A DNA stretch of 64,000 bases from Planctomycetia bacterium (GCA_005792145.1 SXSS01000046.1:649-64648); one strand, 5' to 3'; shown: positions 8,251 to 18,614, counted from the stretch's first letter. The notes: a model not told the origin generated them from the sequence alone. Made by a program: numbers and translations.

Positions 8251-9663
8251 TTATCCTCTTGCCGATCGAATGCGTGGACCAGAGTCATTTGTTCCAGTCG
8301 TGAGGAATCCTGAGTAATTGCGCATCAACAGATTGGCTTCGATGCGTTGGACGAGATCCAATGCAACGCTGACCACGATCAGCAGACCCGTTCCACCAAG
8401 GAACTGCGCGACAAAGAATGGAATTCCAAGTTGTTCGCTGACAATCGTTGGAATGATTGCGATGAGTGCGAGCGCACCTGCTCCGACATATGTGATGCGA
8501 GAAATGACTGTTTCCAAATATTCCGCTGTGCGTGGACCAGGTCGCAAACCAGGTATGAATGATCCATGCTCGCGAAGTTGCTTCGACATGTCGGTTGGAG
8601 ACAACTGAACTGTCGTCCAAAAGTATGAGAAGAAATAGATCAACAGAATCTCAATGATCACGTATGGATATGACCCGATTTGTAAATTCTGGGCCACGAA
8701 ACTCGTGATGCTGGCCCAAGTTGATGATGCATCCACTGCTGCGGCGCTTGACGCAAGCCATGCGCAACCGGATGCTGGGAACATCATGAGCGTGCTTGAA
8801 AAGATGATTGGCATAACGCCAGCGTGGTTGATTCGAAGAGGCAAATAATGACGTTGACCTCCATACACTTTGCGACCGCGCGTGTGCTTTGCTTGCTGAA
8901 TCGGAATTCGGCGCTGTGCGACGGTGATAATGATCGCGCCGCCAACGACGAAGAGGAAACCTGCGAGCAGGATGATCAGACCGACAACGCCGATCTTTGC
9001 ATCGCCACCTTGGAGACTTGCATCAAAATTCTTGATGATCCAAGTTGCGGCACTTGGCATTCGAGAAAGAATTCCAGCCGTGAGAATGATCGAGACTCCG
9101 TTGCCGATTCCATACTTATCAACTTGCTCACCCAGCCACATAAGAAACAGACTTCCTGCTGTGAGTGCGGAGATTCCAGAGACATAGAAGATGACCAATC
9201 CGCCACCGAGTTGGAATTGAGGTTGAACCAAATTCTGTGTGCGAAGGAATCCAAGCCACATCAGACCTTGCAACAAACAGAGTCCGACGGTTGCATAACG
9301 CGTCCACTCCATGATCTTTTGTTGTCCAGACATTCCCTCTTTCTTGAGTTCTTGCAGCGATGGAACGACCGCCTGCAACAACTGAAAGATAATGCTCGCC
9401 GTGATGTACGGCATAATTCCCAATCCGAAGATCGTCGACTGCTGCAAGGAGCCGCCAGAGAAGATCGATGCGTATTCAAGCAATCGGCCGAAGCCACTTT
9501 GATCAACTGATGCACGGCTTGCCGCTTTGGCAAGTTCTGTTTGATCAACTCCCAAAAGCGGGATCCAAAAACCAATTCGATAAATGACCAAGACGCCCAA
9601 GGTGAAGAACACCTTGTTGCGAAGGTCGCGAATTCGGAAGATGTTTGCAAATGCTTGGAGCAT
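8251..9663 (-). CDS. secY: preprotein translocase subunit SecY
   Basis: 470 aa, multi-TM, with GIMPYITASIIFQLL. It lies between rplO and map. Confidence 0.97.
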   Translation of the reverse strand: MLQAFANIFRIRDLRNKVFFTLGVLVIYRIGFWIPLLGVDQTELAKAASRASVDQSGFGRLLEYASIFSGGSLQQSTIFGLGIMPYITASIIFQLLQAVVPSLQELKKEGMSGQQKIMEWTRYATVGLCLLQGLMWLGFLRTQNLVQPQFQLGGGLVIFYVSGISALTAGSLFLMWLGEQVDKYGIGNGVSIILTAGILSRMPSAATWIIKNFDASLQGGDAKIGVVGLIILLAGFLFVVGGAIIITVAQRRIPIQQAKHTRGRKVYGGQRHYLPLRINHAGVMPIIFSSTLMMFPASGCAWLASSAAAVDASSTWASITSFVAQNLQIGSYPYVIIEILLIYFFSYFWTTVQLSPTDMSKQLREHGSFIPGLRPGPRTAEYLETVISRITYVGAGALALIAIIPTIVSEQLGIPFFVAQFLGGTGLLIVVSVALDLVQRIEANLLMRNYSGFLTTGTNDSGPRIRSARG

Positions 9664-9675
9664 ATTTTTGAGGGA

Positions 9676-10332
9676 TCAGCCCTTGTCTGAATTCTTGTCT
9701 TCGTTCTTGTCTTGCTTCTTCTCGGGCTTGTCTTTCTTCTCTTGCTTCTTTTCTGCTTTGGCTTCGGGCTGGGCCGTAGGTTCAGCAACTTCCTTTGCCT
9801 TTGGCGCACGCTTGGCAGCATTTGCCTTCTTGGTGGCTTCGGCTTCAGCTTCTGCGTGAGCTTTCGCAGCAGCCTTTGCTGCATATGGGGTCAAAACAGC
9901 GGTGCCGCCAGCGGCTTCGATCTTTGACTTTGCTTGTCCAGAGAATCGATCAGCGGTGACATTCAATTTGACTGCGATGTCGCCGTTACCCAAGATCTTC
10001 AACGGAAGTTTGGTGTCACGAATGAGTCCAACTCCTGCGAGTGCGGTGCCGTCAACAGTTGTTCCTGATTTGAAATGCTTTGCAAGATCGGCAACATTGA
10101 CGACGTGGTAATCAACTCGGAAATCCGAATTGGAAAATCCGCGCTTTGGAAATCGTCGAAGCAGCGGAGTCGAACCACCCTGATAACCAGGGCGGCTTGT
10201 CCAACCTGCGCGACTCTTTGCACCATTGTGACCGCGACCGCTTGTGCCGCCCTTGCCACTTCCTTCGCCGCGACCAACGCGCATACGAAGCTTGTCTTTT
10301 CCAACCACACTTGTGACATCATGGATCATCAT
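9676..10332 (-). CDS. rplO: 50S ribosomal protein L15 (with C-terminal tail)
   Basis: MRVGRGEGSGKGGTSGRGHNGAKSR motif, plus a roughly 68-aa A/K/E-rich tail. Confidence 0.95.
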   Translation of the reverse strand: MMIHDVTSVVGKDKLRMRVGRGEGSGKGGTSGRGHNGAKSRAGWTSRPGYQGGSTPLLRRFPKRGFSNSDFRVDYHVVNVADLAKHFKSGTTVDGTALAGVGLIRDTKLPLKILGNGDIAVKLNVTADRFSGQAKSKIEAAGGTAVLTPYAAKAAAKAHAEAEAEATKKANAAKRAPKAKEVAEPTAQPEAKAEKKQEKKDKPEKKQDKNEDKNSDKG

Positions 10333-10367
10333 GGCTTTATTTCCTCATCTAAATAAATAACTGCAAA

Positions 10368-11126
10368 TCAAGACTGAACCGGGGGTGTACTACTCTCTGT
10401 CGCCGCTGATGCCGCGTCAGGGGCTGAACCCGAAACTGATGCTGCGCCGCCATCGGTACGCGGACGTCCACCACTTGGTCGACCACCGCCGCCGCCACCG
10501 CCGCCGCCGAAGCGATTGCCACCGCCACCACCGCGTCTGCGTTCATCGCCGACCGTGTTGACTGGAGCTGCAGCGCGTTCACCAGAACGCTGTGATGGCA
10601 TTGCTGCTACACCGCGAGCAATTGCATCTTCGACTGTTGTTGTTCCAAGGGTCACGCCACGAAGCTTCTCAACTTGTTCGCGCGTTCGGAGCATGTCGAG
10701 CGCGGCGAAAGTTGCCTTGACCAAATTCTTTGCGTTCGTGGATCCATATGCTTTCGTCAAGCAATCTTGAACGCCGAGCATGTCAAGAACCGCGCGAACT
10801 GACGCACCTGCGATGACGCCAGTACCAGGGCTTGCTGGAACCAAACGAACCGTCGATGCGCCGAAACGACCTTCGACGGAATGCGGCAGTGTTCGACCTT
10901 GCATTGGATAAGCCTTTAATTTGCGACGACCTTCGCGCGTGGCCTTCTCAACACTCGTTGGAACTTGATTGCTCTTCGCATATCCGACCGCAACCTTGCC
11001 GTGTCGATCACCGACCACGACGAGTGCGCCGAAGCTGAATCGTCGACCACCTGCCACGGTGGAGGATGTTCGGAACACCTTCACTGTTGTTGCGTCTACG
11101 CCACTGTCATCAAAGTTATCGTTCAT
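10368..11126 (-). CDS. rpsE: 30S ribosomal protein S5 (with Gly/Arg-rich tail)
   Basis: [35 protein letters not shown] core, plus a roughly 78-aa tail containing [28 protein letters not shown]. Confidence 0.95.
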   Translation of the reverse strand: MNDNFDDSGVDATTVKVFRTSSTVAGGRRFSFGALVVVGDRHGKVAVGYAKSNQVPTSVEKATREGRRKLKAYPMQGRTLPHSVEGRFGASTVRLVPASPGTGVIAGASVRAVLDMLGVQDCLTKAYGSTNAKNLVKATFAALDMLRTREQVEKLRGVTLGTTTVEDAIARGVAAMPSQRSGERAAAPVNTVGDERRRGGGGGNRFGGGGGGGGGRPSGGRPRTDGGAASVSGSAPDAASAATESSTPPVQS

Positions 11127-11162
11127 GTTTGTTCTCTGAATCTTTCAATAAAAAGCATTAAA

Positions 11163-11525
11163 TTAGAACTTGAGTCCTGCTGCGCGTGCTGCTTCGGCCA
11201 ACGCCTTGACTCGTCCGTGATAGAGGTATCCACCGCGATCGAAAACCACTTGACCAACGCCAGCCTTGATCGCTCGTTCGGCGACTGCACGGCCGACGGC
11301 GATTGCCGCGTCCGAGTTGCCACCGACTTTGCCAGCAAAATCCTTGTCCTTGGATGATGCGGCAGCGAGTGTTCGCCCGGCCAAATCGTCGATGATCTGG
11401 ACATAGATGTGGCGAGGTGATCGGAAGACCGCCAAGCGTGGTCGCGTTGGAGTTCCACGAAGGGTCTTGCGAAGTCCCTTGCGTCGTCGGCTGCGTCGAG
11501 TTCGTTTTTGTGTGCAAATATCCAT
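11163..11525 (-). CDS. rplR: 50S ribosomal protein L18
   Basis: 120 aa. [18 protein letters not shown]. Confidence 0.96.
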   Translation of the reverse strand: MDICTQKRTRRSRRRKGLRKTLRGTPTRPRLAVFRSPRHIYVQIIDDLAGRTLAAASSKDKDFAGKVGGNSDAAIAVGRAVAERAIKAGVGQVVFDRGGYLYHGRVKALAEAARAAGLKF

Positions 11526-11545
11526 TGGAATTCCTTTCGAGCGCC

Positions 11546-12109
11546 TTAGGCGCCGAATGCCTTGCCCTTCTTCCGTTGAATGACTTCATCGGAATACTTG
11601 ATGCCTTTGCCGTTATATGGTTCTGGCTTTCGTTGACTGCGAATCAAACTGGCGAACGCTCCAACCTTCTGTGCGTCGACGCCAGAGAGATTGATGATTG
11701 TGTTGTTTTCGATCGCGCAAGAGACGCCTTCTGGAAGCATCAATTCGATCGGATTGCAATAACCCACGGAGAGAATCAATTTCTTGCCTTGGAGTTTGGA
11801 AGTCCATCCCACGCCGATCACTTCGAGCTTGCGGGTGAATCCTTCTGAAACGCCCTTGACCATCTTGTTGATCACTGCGCGAGTGGTTCCCCAATATGCA
11901 CGACGATTGCCTTCTTCCATGCGTGAAACATCATCAATGGTGCAGGAAATGGTCTTGGTCTTGTCGTCATATGCAACGACCATCTCTGGTCGATAGGTGA
12001 AAGAGTTATTCCCTTTCGGGCCCTGCATATTGACTGTCTTCGTCGCAGCATTGACTGTGACTTTCACAGTGGCTGGGACGGGAATGAGTTGTTTTCCGAT
12101 TCGGCTCAT
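11546..12109 (-). CDS. rplF: 50S ribosomal protein L6
   Basis: 187 aa. [19 protein letters not shown], with the two-domain L6 pattern. Confidence 0.96.
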   Translation of the reverse strand: MSRIGKQLIPVPATVKVTVNAATKTVNMQGPKGNNSFTYRPEMVVAYDDKTKTISCTIDDVSRMEEGNRRAYWGTTRAVINKMVKGVSEGFTRKLEVIGVGWTSKLQGKKLILSVGYCNPIELMLPEGVSCAIENNTIINLSGVDAQKVGAFASLIRSQRKPEPYNGKGIKYSDEVIQRKKGKAFGA

Positions 12110-12153
12110 GTCTGTTTCTTTCTGTTCTTCTTGTACTTACTGAAAGGATTCAA

Positions 12154-12552
12154 TTATGAAACGGCGCAAACAACTTCGCCGCCCACTCGCATCTCGCGAG
12201 CCTTGCGGTCACTCATAACTCCTTGGCTCGTTGAGACCACAGTGATCCCAAGTCCTTCGAGCAGTCGAGGCATTGATTCTGCCCCGCAATACACGCGGCA
12301 TCCCGAATGTGAAACGCGATCGATGCGATTGATGAGCGTTTCTCCACGAGGTCCGTACTTCAGCTGGACACGCAGCAGACCTTGGCGTCCATCTGGAATC
12401 ACTTCGAATCCCATGATGAAACCTTCGTCGCGCAGCACCTCTAAAACACCTCGATTGAGGCGGTTATTGAGGCAAGTCACGTTCTTGCGGCGAATAGACA
12501 CAGCATTACGGATGCGGGTCAACATATCGGCGGTTAGATCTTGCAATGACAT
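12154..12552 (-). CDS. rpsH: 30S ribosomal protein S8
   Basis: 132 aa. LTADMLTRIRNA. Confidence 0.96.
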   Translation of the reverse strand: MSLQDLTADMLTRIRNAVSIRRKNVTCLNNRLNRGVLEVLRDEGFIMGFEVIPDGRQGLLRVQLKYGPRGETLINRIDRVSHSGCRVYCGAESMPRLLEGLGITVVSTSQGVMSDRKAREMRVGGEVVCAVS

Positions 12553-12613
12553 GGTTTGGTCCTTGAATATTGTCTTGAATATTGTCTTGAGTAATAAATA
12601 TCGGCGTAGTGAA

Positions 12614-12799
12614 TTACCACGAAGCTTTTCTCATGCCTGGGATCATTCCCAGCAACGCCAACTGGCGCAACATGTGACGACTGATTCTGAACTTTCTGTA
12701 ATACGAGCGGGCATGTCCCGTGATCTCGCAACGATTTCGTTTTCGCGTCGAAAACTTCGGCGCAATCTTCATTTTTGCAAATACGCGTTTACTTGCCAT
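12614..12799 (-). CDS. rpsN: 30S ribosomal protein S14, 61-aa short form lacking 3 of 4 Zn-ligand cysteines
   Basis: [61 protein letters not shown]. It has the length and C-terminal KASW of type-Z S14, but positions 27, 40 and 43 are T, S and M. Confidence 0.93.
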   Translation of the reverse strand: MASKRVFAKMKIAPKFSTRKRNRCEITGHARSYYRKFRISRHMLRQLALLGMIPGMRKASW

Positions 12800-12807
12800 A
12801 GTTCTCC

Positions 12808-13437
12808 TTATTGAGCGGCTGCTGCTGCAACTGCCTTGCTTGATGTTTCTTCTGGCTTCACGAATGGCATTCCAAGTTCAGCCAAGACAAGCCGGCTCTT
12901 CTTTGGATCGCTATGCGTAAAGACGATATTGATATTCATTCCGTGCGAGTGATTGATGTTTGCCATATTGATTTCAGGCCAAACAGCCTGTTCGCTCAAT
13001 CCCATCGCAAAGTTTCCTTGACGGTCGAACGTCTTGTCCGAAACGCCGCGGAAATCCTTGATACGAGGCATAGCGAGGTTGATCAAACGATCAAGAAAAT
13101 TCCACATGCGTTCACGGCGCAGAGTCACCATGAATGCACTTGGCGCCCCTTCTCGAACCTTGAAATTCGAAACGGCTTTCTTCGCCAGAATCATGATTGG
13201 CTTCTGTCCAGAGATCGTCGAGAGTGTTCCGATCACAGCTTCGCGATACTCGGGCTTGAGCTTCTGATTCTCGAGATGACGACCAACTCCAACGTTGATC
13301 ACAACCTTGTCGATTTTCGGCAGCTGATGAATATTCTTCATGCCGAATTCCTTCAGAACTCGGGCGGAAACTTGTTCGCGATACGCCCGACGAAGTCGAG
13401 GTTCAGGAAGTGATGTTGGTGTTTCTTTCTTGCTCAT
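12808..13437 (-). CDS. rplE: 50S ribosomal protein L5
   Basis: The listed ORF 12808..13590 was trimmed to the ATG at 13437 ([21 protein letters not shown]...), which avoids overlap with rplX. It contains [14 protein letters not shown]. Confidence 0.93.
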   Translation of the reverse strand: MSKKETPTSLPEPRLRRAYREQVSARVLKEFGMKNIHQLPKIDKVVINVGVGRHLENQKLKPEYREAVIGTLSTISGQKPIMILAKKAVSNFKVREGAPSAFMVTLRRERMWNFLDRLINLAMPRIKDFRGVSDKTFDRQGNFAMGLSEQAVWPEINMANINHSHGMNINIVFTHSDPKKSRLVLAELGMPFVKPEETSSKAVAAAAAQ

Positions 13438-13447
13438 TGATACTCCT

Positions 13448-13795
13448 TCAGGACTTGGTCTTGGAAGTGGTCGCGCGTCTGAGCACATGCAGTTCACTGT
13501 TATTGCGCGCAGAGACACGAACCTTCGAACCATCTGGTTTTGTGACAAATCGAACTCGTGATGGTTTTCCATCAACGACGGGGCTGACATTGGAAATGTG
13601 AATCGAGAGTTCTTTCTCGACCACGAAACCTTTCGGCTGTTGCTGGTTCGGCTTCATATTGCGCTTTCGCACATTGACGCCTTTGACAATCACGCGCATC
13701 GCCTTGCGATCGACCGTGAGAATTTCACCAGTTTCACCGCGGTTATTTCCTGCGGTAACAACGACAAGATCGCCTTTTTTTACATGGAGCGGCAT
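13448..13795 (-). CDS. rplX: 50S ribosomal protein L24
   Basis: 115 aa. MPLHVKKGDLVVVTAGNNRGETGEIL (KOW motif). Confidence 0.96.
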   Translation of the reverse strand: MPLHVKKGDLVVVTAGNNRGETGEILTVDRKAMRVIVKGVNVRKRNMKPNQQQPKGFVVEKELSIHISNVSPVVDGKPSRVRFVTKPDGSKVRVSARNNSELHVLRRATTSKTKS

Positions 13796-13799
13796 GGGA

Positions 13800-14186
13800 T
13801 TAGACCACCTCTGGCGCGAGGGAAACGATTTTCATGTAATTCTTTTCCCGAAGTTCACGTGCAACCGCGCCGAAGATGCGCGTGCCCTTGGGATTACCAT
13901 CATCATCGATCAGAACGCATGCATTCGAATCGAACCGAACGTAGGAGCCGTCATTGCGACGAACTGGATATTTCACGCGCACAATCACGGCAAGCGCTTT
14001 GTCCCCGGACTTCACGTCACCGTTGGGAATCGCCGCTTTAATTGCAACACGAACTCGATCGCCGACCGACATCGAAAGACGCGTGAAGCGTCCTCGAGCG
14101 GTGCTTGATCCAAGCACACCGATCACCATGGCTTCACGTGCGCCACTGTTGTCGGCTACTTCAAGTCTGCTCTCTTTTTGAATCAT
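13800..14186 (-). CDS. rplN: 50S ribosomal protein L14
   Basis: 128 aa. [19 protein letters not shown]. Confidence 0.96.
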   Translation of the reverse strand: MIQKESRLEVADNSGAREAMVIGVLGSSTARGRFTRLSMSVGDRVRVAIKAAIPNGDVKSGDKALAVIVRVKYPVRRNDGSYVRFDSNACVLIDDDGNPKGTRIFGAVARELREKNYMKIVSLAPEVV

Positions 14187-14209
14187 CGCTGATGTCTCCG
14201 TTAATTTCT

Positions 14210-14593
14210 TTACTTCTTGACTGACTTCTTAGTTGCTGCAGATTTAGTGGCAGTTTTTCCTGCATCCTTCAATGGATCTTTGACCTTGACTGTTTCGCCG
14301 TAAACCATTTCTGCCTTCATTGGTGCTCGTTCAACAATCCGAACAAGCGCCCAGCGCTTGGTTCGTGAAACTGGACGGCACTCTGCGATCTCGACTCGGT
14401 CACCCGCGTGCGAGTCGTTGGTTTCATCATGAATCTGCAGAACTGTGCGCTTGCGGACATACTTTCCATAGCGTGGATGTCTGGCTGAATATGAAATGAC
14501 AACACGTCGTGTTCGATCTTGCACATCTCGATCGACCATGCCGATCAGGCGAGGGCTTTTCTCTGGAATCACAACTGGGGATTTACGACTCAA
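14210..14593 (-). CDS. rpsQ: 30S ribosomal protein S17 (with C-terminal tail)
   Basis: [19 protein letters not shown]...[21 protein letters not shown], plus a roughly 35-aa K-rich tail. It overlaps the rpmC stop by 4 nt. Confidence 0.94.
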   Translation of the reverse strand: MSRKSPVVIPEKSPRLIGMVDRDVQDRTRRVVISYSARHPRYGKYVRKRTVLQIHDETNDSHAGDRVEIAECRPVSRTKRWALVRIVERAPMKAEMVYGETVKVKDPLKDAGKTATKSAATKKSVKK

Positions 14594-14907
14594 GACATCA
14601 CCTTCTTTCCTGCAGCAACCTTCTTCAGATCAGATCGCTTTGCACCTGGCTTCTTGACGACTACTTCCTTTACGACTGGAGCTTTCGCAACTTCCTTGCG
14701 AGAAGCTGGCGGGTTCTTCGAAACTCGGCGCGATGACTCTTCCGTCAACAAACGAGCGAGTTCGACTCGCATCTTGCCGAACTGTGAAGAGTCCTTGACC
14801 TTTTCAGTCACGACTTGCGACTTGAGATTAAATAGAGCGCGACGAACACGGGCCTTTTCAAGTCCCAAGTCTTCGTCATTCATTTTCTTGATTTCATTCA
14901 TTTCCAT
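14590..14907 (-). CDS. rpmC: 50S ribosomal protein L29 (with C-terminal tail)
   Basis: MNEIKKMNDEDLGLEKARVRRALFNLKSQ, plus a roughly 40-aa K/V/A-rich tail. Confidence 0.93.
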   Translation of the reverse strand: MEMNEIKKMNDEDLGLEKARVRRALFNLKSQVVTEKVKDSSQFGKMRVELARLLTEESSRRVSKNPPASRKEVAKAPVVKEVVVKKPGAKRSDLKKVAAGKKVMS

Positions 14908-14952
14908 TGATTCAGTTCCTTGCGTAAATATCTATCTCGTGTATCGATCTCT

Positions 14953-15372
14953 TTACACTGCCAGACGACGGGCAACCATTCTGCAGCGAATCGGCATCTT
15001 GTGCGCCACACGCGCCAAAGCTTGCTTCGCCAAATCTTCTGGAACACCTTCGACTTCGAAGAGAATTGTTCCAGGCTTGACACATGCTGCCCAATATTCG
15101 ACTTCAGCTTTTCCAGTACCCATTCGGGTTTCCAAAGGCTTCTTCGAAATCGGCTTCTCTGGGAAAACTCTGATATAGAGCTTGCCTTGGCGACGAAGGA
15201 AATGCTGGGCTGCAATACGACCGGCGTCGATTTGACGACCGCTCAGCCACACTGTTTCCAGTGATTGCAATCCGTAATCTCCGAAGGCGACATAGTTGCC
15301 GCGGGTTGCGCAGCCCTTCATCTTGCCGCGCTGTTGCTTGCGGTACTTGACTCGTGATGGAAGTAGTTTCAT
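14953..15372 (-). CDS. rplP: 50S ribosomal protein L16
   Basis: 139 aa. MKLLPSRVKYRKQQRGKMKG. Confidence 0.97.
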   Translation of the reverse strand: MKLLPSRVKYRKQQRGKMKGCATRGNYVAFGDYGLQSLETVWLSGRQIDAGRIAAQHFLRRQGKLYIRVFPEKPISKKPLETRMGTGKAEVEYWAACVKPGTILFEVEGVPEDLAKQALARVAHKMPIRCRMVARRLAV

Positions 15373-15403
15373 GTCTTCTTTTCTTTTCTGGGTTCAGTTC
15401 AGA

Positions 15404-16111
15404 TCAGCGTCTTCCACGCGCACGGGCTCGGCCGCCCGCTGCATTGGATTGATATTCGGGTTGAGTTTCAGCAGCGGAATACATACCGCGATAGACCCAC
15501 ACCTTGACGCCGAGCGCGCCATATGTTGTGAATGAATGCGCGAGCGCGTAATCAACATGTGCCTGCAAGGTTGAACGTGGAATCGATCCAAGTCGCATAT
15601 CAAGTGTTCGGCTCATTTCTGCGCCGCCGAGACGACCTGCCAAGAGAATTCGAATTCCCTTCGCGCCATTCTGCATCGCACTTTCGCAGCGCTGCTTGAT
15701 GAGGCGACGAAAATTCGCGCGCTTCTTCAATTGTTCCGCCATCGTTTCTGCGATGAGTCTTGCGTCGATTTCTGGATTGCGAACTTCAACAACATTGACG
15801 GCGACTTTGCGACTCGTCAACGCCTGAAGCTCATTGACCAATTGTTCCTTGCCGGAACCCTTGAGCCCAAGCACTTGGCCTGGACGCGCCGTCTTGATGA
15901 CGACTGTCAATTCTTCACGGGTTCGCTCGATGAGAATGTCGCTCACTGCCGCGAAGGGAGGCGTGCGATTCAATCTCTTGTCGATGAATTGGCGGATCTT
16001 GTAATCCTCGACCAGCAATTCACCAAAGAGAGCCTTCGGAGCAAACCAACGGCTCTTGTGTGCTTCAGTGATGCCGACTCGGAAACCAAATGGATGTGTT
16101 TTTTGACCCAT
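15404..16111 (-). CDS. rpsC: 30S ribosomal protein S3
   Basis: 235 aa. MGQKTHPFGFRVGIT, with a KH domain. Confidence 0.97.
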   Translation of the reverse strand: MGQKTHPFGFRVGITEAHKSRWFAPKALFGELLVEDYKIRQFIDKRLNRTPPFAAVSDILIERTREELTVVIKTARPGQVLGLKGSGKEQLVNELQALTSRKVAVNVVEVRNPEIDARLIAETMAEQLKKRANFRRLIKQRCESAMQNGAKGIRILLAGRLGGAEMSRTLDMRLGSIPRSTLQAHVDYALAHSFTTYGALGVKVWVYRGMYSAAETQPEYQSNAAGGRARARGRR

Positions 16112-16121
16112 ATTGAAAGCC

Positions 16122-16457
16122 TCAGGATTTGCGCTCGGCGACAGTCACATAGATATGACATGTTCGCTTCTTGATTGGATGTGAGCGCCCACGGTCTTTC
16201 GGCTGAAAGCGCTTGATGATTGGACCTTCGTCCACCTTTGTTTCTTTGATGAAGAGCGAGCCAACATCGGCATCTTTCTCTTCTGCATTGGCGATTGCAC
16301 TCTTGAGCACAACCTTCACGAACATTGCGCCACGGCGCGGGCTGAAGTCAAGACGCGCCATCGCATTCGCGACATCGAGTCCACGGATCATGTCAATGAC
16401 CAAGCGAACTTTTCGCGGTGCGATTCGGCAGTGACGATGTGTAGCTGTATATGCCAT
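16122..16457 (-). CDS. rplV: 50S ribosomal protein L22
   Basis: 111 aa. RIAPRKVRLVIDMIRG. Confidence 0.96.
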   Translation of the reverse strand: MAYTATHRHCRIAPRKVRLVIDMIRGLDVANAMARLDFSPRRGAMFVKVVLKSAIANAEEKDADVGSLFIKETKVDEGPIIKRFQPKDRGRSHPIKKRTCHIYVTVAERKS

Positions 16458-16480
16458 AGGTATCTCCAGATGATTCCGAT

Positions 16481-16771
16481 TCAGGCCTTCTCGCCGCCGG
16501 CGATGCCTTCCTTCTTGTTCGTGTGTCCTCGGAAGGAACGCGTCAATGAAAACTCACCAAGCTTGTGTCCAACCATGTCTTCAGTGACGAAGACATCGAT
16601 GAACATTCGTCCGTTGTGCACTTGAAATGTCGTGCCCACAAATTCGGGAACGATTGTGCACGCGCGGCGCCAAGTCTTGATTGGTAAACGACGGCTTCCT
16701 GGTTGAATCGCTTCAACTTTGCGGAAGAGCTTTTCGTCAACCGATGGACCTTTCTTTGATGATCGAGACAT
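16481..16771 (-). CDS. rpsS: 30S ribosomal protein S19
   Basis: 96 aa. [15 protein letters not shown]...[16 protein letters not shown]. Confidence 0.97.
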   Translation of the reverse strand: MSRSSKKGPSVDEKLFRKVEAIQPGSRRLPIKTWRRACTIVPEFVGTTFQVHNGRMFIDVFVTEDMVGHKLGEFSLTRSFRGHTNKKEGIAGGEKA

Positions 16772-16804
16772 GTTTCGTGATCTCCTGAGTAAATAGACCG
16801 AAAA

Positions 16805-17659
16805 TTAGACTTTCAACTGACCGTATCGACGACTGAATCGACGTCGAAGAATTCGTTCATCACTGGCCTTGCCGCGCAAACGAGTGCGGCCGCCCTTCGA
16901 TGGTGTGTTGCTTGCATTCGATGGAATCTGTCCGCCCTTCGAACGACCTTCACCACCTCCGTGCGGATGCTGATGATGACTCATCGCCATACCGCGAGTG
17001 CGTGGACGTCGTCCGAGCCAACGCGCGCGACCTGCTTTGCCGAGTTTGACAAGCGCATGATCTGCGTTTCCGACTGGACCAATCGTTGCGCGACAATCGA
17101 GAGAGACCTGACGAATTTCGCCAGATGGCATCACGAGAGTTGCGAAGCGACCTTCTTTGTTTGTCAGACGAGCTGACATTCCAGCGGAGCGAACCAATTG
17201 TGCTCCGCGTCCAGGAACCATTTCGATTGCGTGCAATTCCAGACCAGTTGGAATATGGCGAAGCGGCATGCAGTTTCCAACATCTGGATCGATCTGCTTT
17301 GCCGAACTGAGAACATTTGATCCAACCTTGATGTTCTTTGGAGCAAGGATGTATCGAACGCTTCCATCCGCGTACTTCAGAAGCGCGAGATGGCACGAGC
17401 GATTTGGATCGTATTCAACTCCAACAACCAAAGCTGGCTCATCGTCCTTTGTGCGGCGCCAATCAATCAATCGATAGCGGCGCTTGTGTCCACCACCTTG
17501 TTGAATGATGGTCAACTTTCCTTGGCAATTTCGTCCGCCGGTTTTTGGCAGTGGACGAAGAAGGCTTTTTTCTGGCTTCTTTTTGGTGACTTCAGTGTGC
17601 AAATTGACCGACGCGTTGCGGCGGCTATTCGTGACTGGTTTGTAAACTCGAATCGTCAT
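16805..17659 (-). CDS. rplB: 50S ribosomal protein L2
   Basis: 284 aa. MTIRVYKPVTNSRR...HPHGGGEGRSKGG. Confidence 0.97.
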   Translation of the reverse strand: MTIRVYKPVTNSRRNASVNLHTEVTKKKPEKSLLRPLPKTGGRNCQGKLTIIQQGGGHKRRYRLIDWRRTKDDEPALVVGVEYDPNRSCHLALLKYADGSVRYILAPKNIKVGSNVLSSAKQIDPDVGNCMPLRHIPTGLELHAIEMVPGRGAQLVRSAGMSARLTNKEGRFATLVMPSGEIRQVSLDCRATIGPVGNADHALVKLGKAGRARWLGRRPRTRGMAMSHHQHPHGGGEGRSKGGQIPSNASNTPSKGGRTRLRGKASDERILRRRFSRRYGQLKV

Positions 17660-17682
17660 AGTGTCTGTGCTCCAGTATCAAA

Positions 17683-17961
17683 TCAGAAGAGTTCGATCCG
17701 GTCTTCGGGATGCACGCGAACGATCGCATGCTTGACCCACTTGCCTGGAATGAGGCCGAATTTCGCGCGGCGATCTTCGCCTTTTCGGTTGTTGACGCTG
17801 ACGCCAAGAACACGAACTTTGTACAGCGCGACGACCGCCAACTTCACGTCGGTCTTGTTGGCTCGTCCATCAATCTCGAAGGTGTAGCGATTGACATCGC
17901 TCGCGCCAGCGTTTGCTTTTTCGGTGATCAGAGGGCGACGAATAACTTCAGTCGGAATCAT
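17683..17961 (-). CDS. rplW: 50S ribosomal protein L23
   Basis: 92 aa. IRRPLITEKA. It overlaps the rplD stop by 4 nt. Confidence 0.95.
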   Translation of the reverse strand: MIPTEVIRRPLITEKANAGASDVNRYTFEIDGRANKTDVKLAVVALYKVRVLGVSVNNRKGEDRRAKFGLIPGKWVKHAIVRVHPEDRIELF

Positions 17962-18614
17962 GATGCGACCTCCTGTGCATTTGCGAAGCAGCTTTCGTCG
18001 AGGAATGCAACCAAGGTTGCACGATCAATCACCAAGTATCGGTGATTGAGCAACTCGAATACGTTCAATTGATCGACTCGAATCGTCGAGGAATATGGCA
18101 GATTGGCGGCGCTTTGACGAGCGACATCGTTCTTTGGATCGAGTGCGATCAAGCATGTTCGATTGATGCCAACAACCGTGAGCAAATCTGCGAACACGGT
18201 CGTCTTTCCCGAAGCGAGTTTGAGATGTTCAAAGCATTTCACTTCGCCGTCAACAAGCTTCGCAAGAAGCGCGTTGCGGTTGGCGAGACGGCGCATCTTT
18301 CGTGGAAGCGATGAACGCAAATCTTCACGCGTTCGCGTCTTGGCGAATGCAACGCCACCGCCCTTGCGGATGGGCGAACGAACGGCGCCAGCGCGGGCTC
18401 CTCCCGTTCCTTTTTGCTTGTAAATCTTGCGAGTCGAACCATGGACGCTTCCGCGACTCTTGGTTCGGGCAGAGCCTTGTCGTTGGTTCAAGTGAACCGC
18501 AACATAAGCCTGCTTCAGCAATGCAAAGCGAACTTCGCCGCCGAGCGTTGCAGGGTCGATCTTGAGAGAGTCGACCTTCTTACCGTCATGAGAATAGATT
18601 GGTAAATCAATCAT
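17958..18614 (-). CDS. rplD: 50S ribosomal protein L4
   Basis: 218 aa. GSTRKIYKQKGTGGARAG. Confidence 0.96.
   Translation of the reverse strand: MIDLPIYSHDGKKVDSLKIDPATLGGEVRFALLKQAYVAVHLNQRQGSARTKSRGSVHGSTRKIYKQKGTGGARAGAVRSPIRKGGGVAFAKTRTREDLRSSLPRKMRRLANRNALLAKLVDGEVKCFEHLKLASGKTTVFADLLTVVGINRTCLIALDPKNDVARQSAANLPYSSTIRVDQLNVFELLNHRYLVIDRATLVAFLDESCFANAQEVAS

Noticed and set aside
12808-13590. Long forms of rplE (to 13590) and rpsJ (19503..19868) as listed
   Set aside because: The long forms would overlap rplX, or add non-conserved N-termini. Internal ATGs at 13437 and 19808 give canonical L5 and S10 starts.
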